Positions 1 through 14,405 of a DNA stretch of 64,000 nt are shown piece by piece. The DNA comes from the human T2T-CHM13v2.0 reference genome, Homo sapiens. The DNA is taken from the NCBI RefSeq assembly GCF_009914755.1, contig NC_060941.1. One strand, written 5' to 3'. The position numbers and the translations under genes were made by a program. The number at the start of each line of letters is the position of its first letter. Position 1 is the stretch's first letter. The notes under the pieces were generated by a model that was not told where the DNA came from, searched no databases, and saw only the letters and a list, made by a program, of their open reading frames with translations.

Positions 1-800
1 GTAACTTGCATTTCTCTTTCTGTGAACTTTCTTTTCGTTAATCTAGCCCATTTTTTTTTTATTGGATTGCTAGTGTTTTGAATTTCCCTATGTTTAGAAG
101 TGTTTCATGTTAAAATTTTATGATTAAAAATTTAAAATATTTTAATATTTTGTCATTTGTCTTTTAGTTTAATTCTGGTAATCTTCTGCTGTGTAAAAGT
201 TTTAATTTTTGTTTTATCAAATTTATCTTTCCAATTTCTTATGTCTTTAAGACTTCAGTCATAGAAAAGCTTCTCTTACTTTCAGGTTGTAAAGGAATTC
301 ACTTCTAGTACCACAGATTTAAATTTTTACATTTAAATAGCTTATCCATCTGGAATTTGTCCTGGAGTATGATATGAGAAAAGGATCCAGTGCTATTTTG
401 TTCAAATGGTTACCCAGTTAGCTCAACACAACTTATTAAATAGTCCATCTTTAACTCAATGATATGATATGCTGCTTTTACAGCATATTAAATTTGTACC
501 TTTAATTGGGTATATTTCTGGATTTTCTAATAACTCCCATTAGTTTGTGACAATTTTTGTATTGTTAGTATACTGTTTTAATTCTAGAGAATTCATAGTA
601 CGCCTTGATATTGGCAGGGCTCTCTTCTCTCACTACTACATATTCATCTTTATTCATGGTATTCTTTACTATTTTTGCTTATTTGTTTTTCCAAATAACC
701 TGAATAATCAACTCATAAAGTCCGGCTTTAAAGCAAAATCTGATACCGTTTGTTGGAATTGCATAAATTTATAAATTAGTTTAGATTAAATAGACATCTA
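1..800 (-). mobile_element. Ancient L1M-type LINE fragment (ORF2 region)
   Basis: Degenerate antisense L1 ORF2-like phrases (aaggatccagt, gttggaattgcataaattta) in T-rich sequence; boundaries approximate. Confidence 0.5.
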
Positions 801-1019
801 TATTGATGCATAACAAAAAATTGTAGCAATATGATTTTTAAAAATCAGAGATATATAATCATAAAATATTTGTTTTAGCTCTAGTGTTAATCGTCAAGTT
901 TAACATCTTAGCCTAAGGCTTTTAAAAATATAGGATATATATTAATATAAGTGATACGGTTTGATTTGTAGCATAATTTCATTTGTTTAACAATAATTTA
1001 TAATCCAGTTTTTCTATAT

Positions 1020-1490
1020 TTGGTTCTATTCATAATTCGGAAGTCAAAGTGGTCCACTCAATAAAATGCAAAGATCGTGGGTACTTTTCTTTCATTTTTC
1101 TATTTGAAAGAAGTTTCTTGGTTTTATGATGGAGAATGGATGTCTAGGCACAGCTTTACAAAAAAAATCTGCTTTCTTGCTATTTATGCATCCTCAACAA
1201 GATAATTAGCTACAATGAAATTAAAATGCAATGAGTCTGTCTGAATTTTTGTCGTTGTTACTTGTGAACTTCATCTCATCAATGTCAAAGATTCACATTT
1301 TGGAACTTACTCATCACATTGAAATTGTATGGCTTGGCTGTGATGGATTGGATTTACCATGACTTTCATCCATGCCTAATTCGAGTATATGAATCTTGCA
1401 TTTTTTTTCATTCACGCGTCATTACACAAGCTATCCTTGAGATGTATTCAATGTGTCAGAATAAAACGAGTGCTTTCAAAGTCTAGAAAA
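1020..1490 (-). mobile_element. Possible hAT-Tip100 (Zaphod/Arthur-like) DNA transposon relic
   Basis: Minus strand reads KTKKLLSNRKMKEK, reminiscent of the TTF zinc-finger region of hAT transposases; highly degraded. Confidence 0.25.
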
Positions 1491-1524
1491 AAATAGGTAT
1501 ATCAAAGTTCAAACTCAATGCAAT

Positions 1525-1740
1525 AAATAATAATAGCAAATTTACTTTTTAAAGTATTTACAATTTGGCAGATTCTTCCCAAGTGTTTGTTGTATATTAA
1601 CTCATGTAATCTTTGCAATAATCTAAAAATGTAAGACTATTTCCTAATTCTATAAATGGAGCCCAACTCACACAGTTGGTAAGTGAGATTTGAACTCTGG
1701 CAGTTTGGCACAGAGGCCTGTTTGTAATCATTATACTCTA
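1525..1740 (-). mobile_element. MIR SINE
   Basis: MIR-like motifs: attaactcatgtaatctttgcaataatc, gatttgaactctggcagtttggc. Confidence 0.6.
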
Positions 1741-1946
1741 CAGCCTTTATGTGTTAGAAGACCTCCTCTTCATGTAAAAAGCATGCACAGTGTAAGACAT
1801 TGGGGGTTAAAATGATGATAAAGACAAATGTAATCTCTTTCCTCTTGGAGGGAGCCTGGATGTAGACTAGAAAGAACAGTCTGTCTATATATCTATCAAG
1901 CAAAGCAAGAGCTTGACCTTCTACCTGTCTGTTCATTTTCTATAAA

Positions 1947-2024
1947 CTATAGATAGATATATAGATATAGATATATAGAGATATAGATAGATATATAGAT
2001 ACAGATAGATAGATAGATATAGAT
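1947..2024. repeat. (TAGA)n/(GATATA)n compound microsatellite
   Basis: Directly visible. Confidence 0.9.
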
Positions 2025-2345
2025 GTATTTACTTCCTATATCCTGAAGACTTGCAAGTCTATATCTTCAATTTGAACCTTTCTCCTGAGCCTGAGACTCA
2101 TTTTTCAACAACATAATGAGCATCTCCACTTTTATGTTACATGAAATTCAGCATATCTAAATGTAAATATATATATATAGGATTCAGCAACACAGACAAA
2201 ATTCATGTCCTTGAAGACAGTAGTATCAGAAGGCTGTTGGTACAGAAACTGGATCGTAGTGGGATAAGGAGTAACTAGTGGGAGGGGAAATAGAAACAGT
2301 GAAGTGAATCTGTTTATTAAAGAGGCCTGGCAGTAACAGAAAGTA

Positions 2346-2396
2346 TTAGGTTAGTGCAAAAAACACAAAATGTGCAATTATTTTTCACCAACCTAA
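2346..2396. mobile_element. MADE1 (Hsmar1-derived MITE), internally deleted
   Basis: TIRs ttaggttagtgcaaaa ... tttttcaccaacctaa flanked by TA on both sides. Confidence 0.85.
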
Positions 2397-2933
2397 TAGG
2401 AAGGACAGTAGCAAGAGGGAGGGGGAGATAAGATAAATATTTTTTTAATTTGTTAAATAACTTTTATTTTAGGTTTGGAGTACATGCACAAGTTTGTTAT
2501 ATAGATAAATTGCATGTCATGGGGGTTTGGTGTACAAATTATTTCGTCACCCAGGTAATGAGCCTAGTACCTGATGGGTACTTTTTTAACCCTCTGTCTG
2601 CTTCCACTCTCCATCCTCAAGAAGGCCCCTGTGTCTGTTGTTTCTTTCTTTGTGTCCATATGTTCTCAATGTTTAGCTCCCACTTATAAGTGAGAACATT
2701 CACTATTTGTTTTTCTGTTCCTGTGTTAGTTTGCTTAGGATAATGGCCTTCAGCTCTATCCATGGTGCTGCAAAGAACATGATCTTATTCTTTTTTATGG
2801 CTGCATAGTATTTCATGGTGTATATGTACCACATTTCTTTATCTAGTCTACTGTTGATGGGCATTTTTGTTGATTCCATGTCTTCACTATTGTGAACAGT
2901 GGTGCCATGAACATACACATGCATGTGTATTAA

Positions 2934-3948
<1,015 letters not shown>

Positions 3949-4092
3949 TAGATTGAATAGTAATTCTGTTTTAAGGTCTTTGAGAAATCATCAAACTGGT
4001 TTTGAAAATGGCTGAACCAACTTACAGTACCACCAGCAGTGTATAAGTGTTCCATTTTCTCAACAACCTTGCCAGCATCTATTATTTTTTGA

Positions 4093-4497
<405 letters not shown>

Positions 4498-6552
4498 TTC
4501 TTCTTTTGAAAAGTGTCTGTTCATATCCTTTGCTCACTTTTTAATGGGGTTGTTTGCTTTTGTTTGTAAATTTGTTTAAGTTTCTTACAGTTTCTGGATG
4601 TTAGGTCTTTGTTGGATGCAGAGTTTGCAAATATTTTCTCTCATTCTGTAGGTTGCCTGTTTACTGTATTGATAGCTGTGCAGAAGTTCTTAAATTTAAT
4701 TAGATCCAATTTGTTGAGTTTTGTTTTTGCTGCAATTGCTTTTTGTGTCTTCATCTTGAAATCTTTGCCAAGTTCTGTGTCCAGAATGGTATTTCCTAGG
4801 TTATCTTCCAGAGTTTTTATAGTTTTAGGTTTTAATCTAAATATCTTGAGTTGATTTTTGTATATAGGGTAAGGAAAGGGTGGTCCCATTTCAGTCTTCT
4901 GCATATGGACAGCCAATGATCTCAACACCATTTATTGAATAGGGGGTCTTTTCCCTATTGATTACTTTTGTCAGCTTTGTTGAAAATCAGATGATTGTAG
5001 GTGTGTGAAATTATTTCTGGGCTTTCTATTCTGTTTCCTTGGCTTATGTGTCTGCTTTTGTACCAGCACCATGGTGTTTTGGTTACTGTTGCCTTGTAGT
5101 ATAGTTTGAAGTTGGGAAATGTCATGCCTCCAGCTTTGTTATTTCTGCTTAGTGTTGCCTTGGCTATTTGTGCTCTTTTTTGGTTTCACTGGAATTTCAA
5201 AATAGTTTTTTCTAATTCTGTGAAGAATGTTATTGGCAATTTGATAGGAATAGCATTGAATCTGGACATTGCTTTAGGCACTATGGCCAGTTTAACAATA
5301 TAGATTCTTCCTATCCATGAGCATGATGTATTTTTCCATTTGTTTGTGTCATCTCTGATTTCTTCAAGCAGTATTTTGTAACTTTCATTGTAGAGATCTT
5401 TTACCTCCTTGGTTAGCTCTATTCCTAGGTATTTTATTCTTTTTGAGGCTATTGTAATAAAATTACATTCTTGATTTGGCTCTGAGCTTGGGTGTCGTTG
5501 GTATACAGGAATGCTACTGATTTTTGTACATTAATTTTATATCCCAAAACTTGCCTGAAGTTGTTTATCAGATCAAGGAGCTTTTGGGCAGAGACTGTGT
5601 GGTTTTCTAGGAAGAGAACCATATCCTCTGCAAACAGGGATAGTCTGACTTCCTCTCTTTCTATTTGGATACTTTTTTTTCTTTCTCTTGCCTGATTATT
5701 CTGGCTAGGACTTCTAGTACTACGTTGAATAGGAATATTGAGGGCATCCTTATCTTGTTCTGTTTTTCAAGGGGAATACTTCCAGCTTTTGCACATTCAG
5801 CATATTGACTGTGGGTTTGTCATAGGTGGCTCATATTTTGAGATATGTTCCTTTGATGCCTAGTTTCTTGAGGGTTTTTATCATGAAGTGATATTGGATT
5901 TTATGGAAAGCTTTTTCTACATCTATTGAGATGAACATATGGGTTTTGCTTTTAATTCTGTTAATTTGGTGAATCACATTTATTGATTTGTGTACGTTGA
6001 ACCAACCTTGTCTCCCAGGAATGAAGCCTACTTGGTTATGAAGTCAGAGAGGAGTCCCTCCTCCTCAGTTTTTTTGGAATAGTTTCAGTAGGAATGGTAC
6101 CAGATCTTCTTTATATATCTGGTAGAATTCAGCTATGTATCATCTGATCCTGAGCTTTTTCTGGTTGGTAGGCTTTTTACTTAATCCTGATTCAATTTTA
6201 GAACTCGTATTGATTGTTCTGAGATTTATTCTCTTCCTTGTTCAATCTTGGGAGACTGCATATTTCCAGGTATTTTTCCATTTCTTCTAGGTTTTCTGGC
6301 TTACATGCATGGAGATACTCATAATAGTCTCTGAAGGTTTTTGTATTTTGTGGGGTTAGTGGTAACATCTCCCTTGTCATTTTGGATTGTGTTTGTTTGG
6401 ATTTTGGATTGTCTCTCTTTTTTTCTATTGGTCTAGCTTGAATCTATCTTATTAATTCTTTCAAAGAACAAGCTCTTGGATTCATTGATATTTTGCATAC
6501 TTTTGTGCATTTCAATTTTCTTCAGCTCTGAGTTGGGTTCTTTGTTTTTTAA

Positions 6553-6697
6553 TTTTTTTTTTTTTTTTTTTTTTTTTGGTAGAGACAGGGTCTCATCATG
6601 TTGCCCACACTGTTCTTAAACTCTTGGGCTCAAGCAATCCTCCTGCCTCAGGCTCCCAAAGTGCTGGGATTACAGGCATGAGTCACCATGCCTGGCC
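6553..6697 (-). mobile_element. FLAM_C / Alu left monomer
   Basis: Poly(T) followed by a single antisense left arm ending catgcctggcc. Confidence 0.8.
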
Positions 6698-6769
6698 TGA
6701 TTTTGATTATTTCTTGTCTTCTGCTAGCTTTAGGGTTTGTTTGCTCTTTTTTCTCTAATTACTCTAGTC

Positions 6770-7080
6770 TTTTTTTTTTTTTTTTTGAGATGGAATCTCT
6801 GTCACCCAGGACAAAGTGCAGTGGTATGATCTCAGTTCACTGCAACCTCTGCCTCCCAGGTTCAAGCAATTCTCCTGCCTCACCTTCCTGAGTAGCTGGG
6901 ATTATGGGCATGTGCCACCACACCCAGCTAATTTTTGTATTTTTAGTAGAGCTGGGGTTTTGTCATGTTGACCAGGCTGGTCTTGAACTCCAGACCTCAA
7001 GTGGTCTGCCCACCTCAGCTTCCCAAAGTGTTGGGATTATAAGTGTGAGCCATTACAAGTGTGAGCCACCAAACCCGGCC
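6770..7080 (-). mobile_element. AluS element
   Basis: Full dimer; imperfect TSD aattactctagt/aattcctctagt; internal 17-bp duplication near 7036-7070. Confidence 0.88.
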
Positions 7081-9744
7081 CAAATTCCTCTAGTTGTGAT
7101 GTTAGGTTGTTAATTTGAGATCTTTCTAACTTTTTGATGTGGACGTTTAGTGTTATAAACTTCCCTGTTAATACTGCTTTGGCTGTGTTCCAGAGATTCT
7201 GGTATGTTGTACCTTTTTTCTCATTAGTATCAAATAATTTCTTGATTTCTGCCTTAATTTCATTTTTTATCCAGAAGTCATTCAGGAGCAGGTTGTTTAA
7301 TTCCCATGTAATTGTAAGGTTTTGAGTGATTTTCTTAGCATTGATTTCTATATTTTTATTGCACTATAGTTTGAGAGTGTGGTTGGTATGATTTCAGTTT
7401 TTTTTAAAAATGTCCTGTATATTGTTTTATGCCCAATTGTGTGGTGAATTTTAGAGTATGTGCCATGTGCAGACGGGAAGAATGTATATTCTGTTGTTTT
7501 GGGTGGAGAGTTCTGTAGATGTCTATTAAGTCTACTTGGTCAAGTGTTGAGTTAAGGTCCCAGATATGTTTGTTAGTTTTCTGCCCTGATGATCTGTCCA
7601 ATACTATCAGTGAGGTGTTGAAGTCTCCTACTATTATTATGTGGTTATCTAAGTCTTTTCATAGGTCTGTAAGAACTTGCTTTATTAATCTGGGTGCTTC
7701 TGTGCCTATATATTTAGCACAGTTAGGTCTTCTTGTTGAATTGAGCCCTTTACCATTATGTAATGCCCTTCTTTGTCTTTTTTGATCTTTGTTGTTTTAA
7801 AGTCTGTTTTGTTTGAAATTAGAATGGCAATCCCTGTATTTTTTCTGTTTTCAATTTGCTTGATAGGTTTTTCTTCATCCTTTTACTTTGAGCTTATGAG
7901 TGTCATTGCATGTGAGATGAGTCTCCTAAAGACAGCATGCCATTGGGTTTTGCTTCTTTATCCAGCTTGACACTCTGTGCCTTTTAATTGGGGGAATTTA
8001 GTCCATTTACATTAAAGGTTAGTATTGATATGTGTGGATTTGATCCTGTCATCGTGTTGTTATCTGGTTATTACACAGACTTGTTTGGGTGGTTGCTTTA
8101 TAGTATCACTGAGCTGTTTACTTAAATGTATGTTTTGTAGTGGCTGGTAATAGTCATTCCTTTCTGTTTAGCCGTCCCTTTCAGGGCCTCTTGTAAAGTA
8201 GGTCTGGTGGTAACTAATCCCTTATCTTTTGCTTGTCCAAAAGGGATCTTATTTTTCCTTAGCTTATGAAGCTTAGTTTGGCTGAATATGAAATTCCTGG
8301 TTGGAAATTTTTTTTAAGAATGCTGATGATAGGCCCTCAATTTCTTCTGGCTTATAGAGTTTCTGCTGACAGGTTTGCTGTTAGCTTGATGGGCTTCCAT
8401 TTGTAGGTGACCTACGCCTTCTCTCTAGCTGTCTTTAGTATTTTTTGTTTCATTTTGACCTTGGAGCATCTGCTGACGATGTATGTTGGGGATGGTCTTC
8501 TTGTGTAGTATTTTGCAAGGATTCTTTGCATTTCTTGAATTTCAATGTTGCCCTTTCTAGCAAGGTTGGGGAAATTTTCATAGATAATACCCTGAAATAT
8601 GTTTTCCAAATTGGCTGGTTTCTCTTCCTTTCTTTCAGGGATGTCAAGGAGTCATACATTTGGTCTATTTACATAATCCCATATTTTATTGTTCATTCTT
8701 CTTTATTGTTTTTTCTTTATTTTTGTCTGACTGAGTTATTTTGGGGAGCCAGACTTTGAGCTCTGATATTCTTTTCTCAGCTTGGTTGATTCTGCTCTCA
8801 ATAGTTGTGATTACATTATGAAATTCTTGCAGTATGTTTTCCAGCTCTATCAGATCTGTTTGTCTCTTTCTTATAATGGCCATTTCATCTATAAGCTTCT
8901 GTATCATTTTATTTTAATTCTTAGTTTCCTTGGATTGGGTTTTGACTTTCTCCTGAATGTCAATGATATTATTTTCTATCCATATTCTGAATTTTATTTC
9001 TGTCATTTTAGTCGTTTTGGCCTAGTTCCCCACCATTGCTGGGGAACTAGTGCAGTTGTCTGGAGGTAAGAAGACACTCAGGCTTTTCAAGTTGCCAGAG
9101 TTCTTACCCTGGTTCTTTCTCGTCTTTGTGGGCTGGTGTTTTTTTAACCCTTGAAGTTGCTGTTTTTTTGGATGGTTTTTTTTTTCTTTTATCCTCTTTG
9201 ATGTCCTTTGGGGTTTGATTATGGTATAAGATGAATTCCATCAACTGGCTTTATTTCTGGAAGACTTTAAGGGACCAAGGCTCAGCTCAGGATTCCTGGG
9301 CTGCATACTGTAGCTCTGGAGGGCTGCTGTTGGACCCTGACTTTTTTCTTCAGCCCCTGGAGTTTACAAACCTGCTGCACTGCAGGGTCTGAGGTGGTCA
9401 CAGACCACTGGTCACAACACTCTGATGGGTGGTGCCAGCCAAAGCTCTTCATCAGGCAGTGGCAGTGGAATCCATGCTCATTCACATGTGCCAGCAGTGG
9501 TAGCAGTGTGGTGGGATGCATTCTAGTTGGCTGCTGTGGAACGCTGGCAGGTGCAAAGGTTCCAGCCTCTGGGCAGTCATTCCAGCAGTGGCAGTGCTGC
9601 AGGGGGGTGTAGGTGCTGCAGGGGGGTGCCCACCAGTGTCTGTTCACATGTTCATACCAGTGACAATGTTGGCACCATGAATTTTTTTTTAAAGATAAGA
9701 GAGTTTAAATGTTATTATGAAGTGGACAAAAATGGGAGTAAAAG

Positions 9745-9823
9745 GAGAGTGAAGATAATTGGTAATGAGAATAAAAATGAGTGAAAGAGAGTGAAGGTAA
9801 TTGGTAATGAGAATAAAAATGAG
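9745..9823. repeat. Tandem duplication, 42-bp period
   Basis: gagagtgaag(a/g)taattggtaatgagaataaaaatgag at 9745 and 9787. Confidence 0.9.
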
Positions 9824-9884
9824 GGAATTCAGTTTTCTACAGAAAAGATGTCAGATTGAATAAATGAAAATAAAAAACAATATT

Positions 9885-10090
9885 TATTCATGAAAAGCCT
9901 CTCACCACGCTAATTTCTTTACATTCATCATTTCACTGAATCTTGTAGCAATCCTATGAAGGAGGCATTATTATTACTAATTTACAAATAAAGAAGTATA
10001 TTCAGAAAAATTATTTAACTTGCCTAAGGCCATGCAGATAGTTGGTATTAAAGCTGGGGTTCTAAAGTCTGTGCTTTTTTCTCTACACCA
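9885..10090 (-). mobile_element. MIR SINE
   Basis: MIR core-like aacttgcctaaggccatgcagatagttgg. Confidence 0.65.
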
Positions 10091-10099
10091 CGTTGTTGT

Positions 10100-10580
10100 A
10101 TTTAGGGATAAGTAGTTCACCAGATAGAAAAGGCAGACAGCTTGGCATTCCACAAAGATCTTCCAAGGCATGAAAGCATGTATGATGTAGATAAATGGAA
10201 AATCATGTTCTTCACTGTGGTTAGAGGAGAGAATAATGATGGTTGGGAGTGGGAGGTGATGGTAAAGTAGGACGAGGGGAAGGATCTTGGCTGCTATTCT
10301 AAAAAACAAGCAATGAAAAGTCACCTTCCAGTTTTCAGCTTGGGAGTAGCATGATCAGACCTGTGTTTGGAAATAGAAAACTGTTGGAGAAGGAAAGTCT
10401 AGAAGCAGGGAAATCCACGAGAGGGCTATCATAGCAGCATAGAGAAGAGATGGCAAATGTCTTGGTTGGAGCAGTGACAGCAGCATAAGGAGAAGAAAAC
10501 AAATTCAAGAGACACTCCTGATGTATAATGAGACTGTGTGGCTGACTGCCTGGGAAAACGCAAAGTGACTTTGAGATTCC
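10100..10580 (+). mobile_element. L2 LINE fragment
   Basis: Purine-rich L2-like text (gcatgatcagacctgtgttt, gtgactttgagattcc). Confidence 0.5.
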
Positions 10581-10589
10581 ACAGCTAAA

Positions 10590-11590
10590 CTGGAAGCTAG
10601 AAAATTATGGAATGGTGTTTTTAAATTTTTGAGAGAAAATGATTTTGCACCTAGAATTCTATATCCATGAATCAAGTGAAAATGTTAGACATTCAAATCT
10701 CAAAAAGTTTACCTCGTTTTTATTCATTGGTGCTACTAAAGAATGTACTCCCACAATTTAAAGTAGTAAACAAACACAAAGGGGGACACAGGGCTTGCAA
10801 TTCAAGGCGGTAAAAGGAATCTCCGGGAAGGTGGTGAAAGAAGAGTCCGGGATGAGAGCAAAATAGTGAATGTAGAGAGCAACTGGTCTCAGTTGCAACT
10901 ACAGAACAAAGAATCCCAGGGATAGTCTTTAAGTGGCTGAAAATGGTAGAATACCTGAAATGTAATTGAGGAGAGAATATTTCTGATGGAGAATTTGGAT
11001 ATAAAATCGTGATTGATTGGTACAAAAATAAGCACCAACAATATAAACAAAACAAACCAAAACAAAATAAACATCAACTCCATGATGATCACACGTATGA
11101 GACAAAGATAATATGCTTGACCTATATGTCATGGCTTAGTTGTGAAAAATTTTTGCATAGTAATAATAATATCATGACTGAGTACTAATCTAACAAATTT
11201 TGATATAGCAATGTTGAGAGACTGCAGGGAGGGTGAGCATATGGAGAGTAGTTGTTGGGGGTAGAGGTAGTTTAGGAGTTAAAACCTCAGATTTTAGAGT
11301 GATAGTTATAAAATATAAAATTAAATATAAATATAAAATAAAATATAGCTAAGATTTTATATCTCTTATAGCAAAAGCCAATAGGCAGATCTCTAAAACT
11401 GAAAATTAAGAAATAATATTATTTGTTGCTCAGATATTGGAAAGTAAATACCAAAAGAAACATCTAAGAGAGTGTAAAGTAGTTGCTTCTGGGGAATGGG
11501 AATACAATACATGGATTTTCAAAATGAGTTCTGTAGACCCATTTAATTTTTTATACTACATGAATATATGACAATGATAAATTACATTTC
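10590..11590 (+). mobile_element. Ancient L1M (L1ME-like) fragments
   Basis: cctagaattctatatcca and agtagttgcttctggggaatggg are L1M-like; boundaries approximate. Confidence 0.45.
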
Positions 11591-13432
11591 TAAAAGAGAA
11601 GGCAGGATGAGAACCAAATGTGGGGAGACCAATATGATGAGACAGCCATTGTCAGCACGATAATTTGTTATTAATATCAACAATGTTAACAATTATTATT
11701 TTAAGAGGGTCTGGAGTGGAATAGTTAGGATTATAAATACAACCAAATTAAACTGAAAGTTTTGATTTCTCAGTTGAGCAAATATTGATGGGATGATAAA
11801 ACCCAGAAAATACATGTTATTTTCAAATGGAATTTCTATTTAAATAAAATGGACTTGATATGTCAACTGATAATTAAGTTAGAATCATAGGGAGAGCAAG
11901 AAAAGCTACTAATTGCGAATACATTGTAAAGTAAAAATATTGTGCTCTAGTTTAATACATTAACATCTTTAATTTGCCAAGGAATTAGTAATAATAATGT
12001 CCAATTTACTACTGAAAAATCATATGACTGCTGCAGTGTGTAAAGAAAGGCATCTGGAATTACAAAATCCACTGTTTCCTTTGGAAAGAGAAGGGAAATG
12101 ATTGGCTGAAGCTGTCAATTATCTTTAAATAAACATTACCTCCTTGGAATCAGCAATGTGGGATTTTCTTTTGTTGGGGAGATGGTGGAAAGGAAAAAAG
12201 CATAAACCAGTATAAACCTCATTCAAACCACTAATTTTGAAGCATTTTATAATATTTAAAATTTCACAGCTTGGATAAGTTCATTTCTTTCTCCTTTTTT
12301 CTTCTCCCATTTATTGAAAATCATAAAATTGAGAATAAACTGGACATGGAAAAGCTGTGCGTGCATAAAAGAGTTTCCAGGTTTTTAAATGTATATATCA
12401 AGTTTCTACCTACTAACAAGTGCAGTAGGAACTGGGCTGAGTTCCCAGGGGCTGAATTTATCACTGGCCATTCCTGATATTTGGATATAGAAGATGGAGC
12501 TGAACATTGAGTTTCATGCTAGCCACGAGGTCATTTTCATCTTCCTTCTCTCCCTCAAACTCTTTTGTCTCCTTCTTCCATATTCTTAGGCTTTCATTTT
12601 CCATTTCCTTTTCATTTTAATATAACTAGGAATATTAAAATGAAAGTCCTGGAAATGAATATTTATTTTTAGGGCCACTGCTAGGTTTAAGGATGTTAGA
12701 AAAAGAGTCTAATAGGTGATCATCTTTTAGATTTACTTTTAACTAATGCGATAAATGTCAATGATGAACCTTTGGGCCCCATAAGATTTATTATTATAGT
12801 TTATTCATTAGGGTATTTTATCTTTTTAAAAACATTTTTATTATGTTTACTTTTTTGAGACATCATAGCTATAGAGAGAATATTAATTGGTATTTGACAA
12901 AAAACATTTTAGAAATTAGAATATAACAGTAGTGATAGATGAACTAATTATCTGCACTAGGGTTGCTATCATACATAAGCAGAGTCAAAATATCAGCCAC
13001 AGTTCAGCATTTGCAGAAAGTTAACATCTTTAATTTGCCAAAGAATTAGTAATCATAGTGTCCAATTTACTACTCACTGAGAAATTATCCAAAGTATGAT
13101 TTTTGGAAATTATTCAAAGTATAATTTTTACACAAAGTTTAGCATGGTAAGAAACAAGCAAATGGGGCAGGATACACTTATATAGAATTCTTCCTTTGTA
13201 GTATCAACCTCAGTGTAGCTCTTAAGTGACAAATGTCATGAGTAAATGCTTTGTGTCTTATGGTTTGAGATACACTAAGTTCTATGATCCCATGCAATTT
13301 AACTACATTTAAAGTACCTCATTGACACAACTTTATTTATACTGAAAACAACATAATCACATTATGTTAACCTTGCCTGGTTATTGTGAGGATTAAATGA
13401 GATGATGTTTGTTAAGGACTTGGCATAATGCA

Positions 13433-13857
13433 TGTATCATTTAGCCTTTTTGGTATAACAAACCACTCCAAAACTTAGTAGATTAAAACAACAAACATGT
13501 ATTATTTCTTAAGAATCTCTGGATTGTCTGGGTGGGTCTTTTGATTGGAATATTTTGGTGTAGGATGGCCTCACTCACATATCTGGTGACTGGTTTGTTT
13601 TCAGTTGGGGTAACAGGGAAGACTTGACCATTAATTTTTTACCAACCAGCAGTGTTTCCAGGAACAGTAGGATATGCTAGTACCCAATGAGTAAGTACCT
13701 TTCAAGTCTGCTAGTATCCCATTTGCTACTGCTATGATTTCACTGGCCATGGAAGGTCACATCACCAAGCCCAGAGTGAGGGTAAGAGATGACTAACTGA
13801 GAGCATTGATGCAGGGACACCAGTTATTTGGACCATGTTTGTAGACTGCCATCCATA
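13433..13857 (-). mobile_element. MLT1-family MaLR solo LTR
   Basis: tataacaaaccactccaaaacttagt...aaacaacaaacatgtattatttct terminal motif; flanked by MIR-like sequence. Confidence 0.65.
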
Positions 13858-14164
13858 CTGCCTGACAAGTGGTATGTGTTTTATAAATGAGTTATCTTAT
13901 GAATACTTTCATCCAAAAATATGTCAATAACAGAAGAAAAGACATGTTTACTAGGGATCAATGGGCTTCTGAGATAAGCTTGGAGAGCTATACATTATAC
14001 TGTCTACTTTCTGAATAAACACAAACATCTCCTCCAAATATGAATGGTATAGAAACATAGGTATTTAAATGTATGCATTCAGAATAAACTGTGTTGCTGA
14101 AACATATTCAATATTTACTGCTTTAATCTAGTTCCCCTTCACTTACTGGGGACATTAAATGTAG

Positions 14165-14405
14165 ATTAAGGACATAGACTTGGGAATGAAATTTTCTGGA
14201 TTTAGATATTGGCTAACTTTATAGCAATATGAGACATAAGCAGGTACTCAATTCTTTGTTTCTCAGCATCCTCATCTGTACAATGAGAGATATTAATAGA
14301 ATGTAACTCATGATTTGGATGAGAATTAATGAGTGTATGTGTGTCTAGCATTTAGGACAAAACAGCGCCTATCACAGAGTGAGCATTAACTATTAGCCGT
14401 TATTA
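14165..14405 (+). mobile_element. MIR SINE
   Basis: tctcagcatcctcatctgtacaatgag core. Confidence 0.7.
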
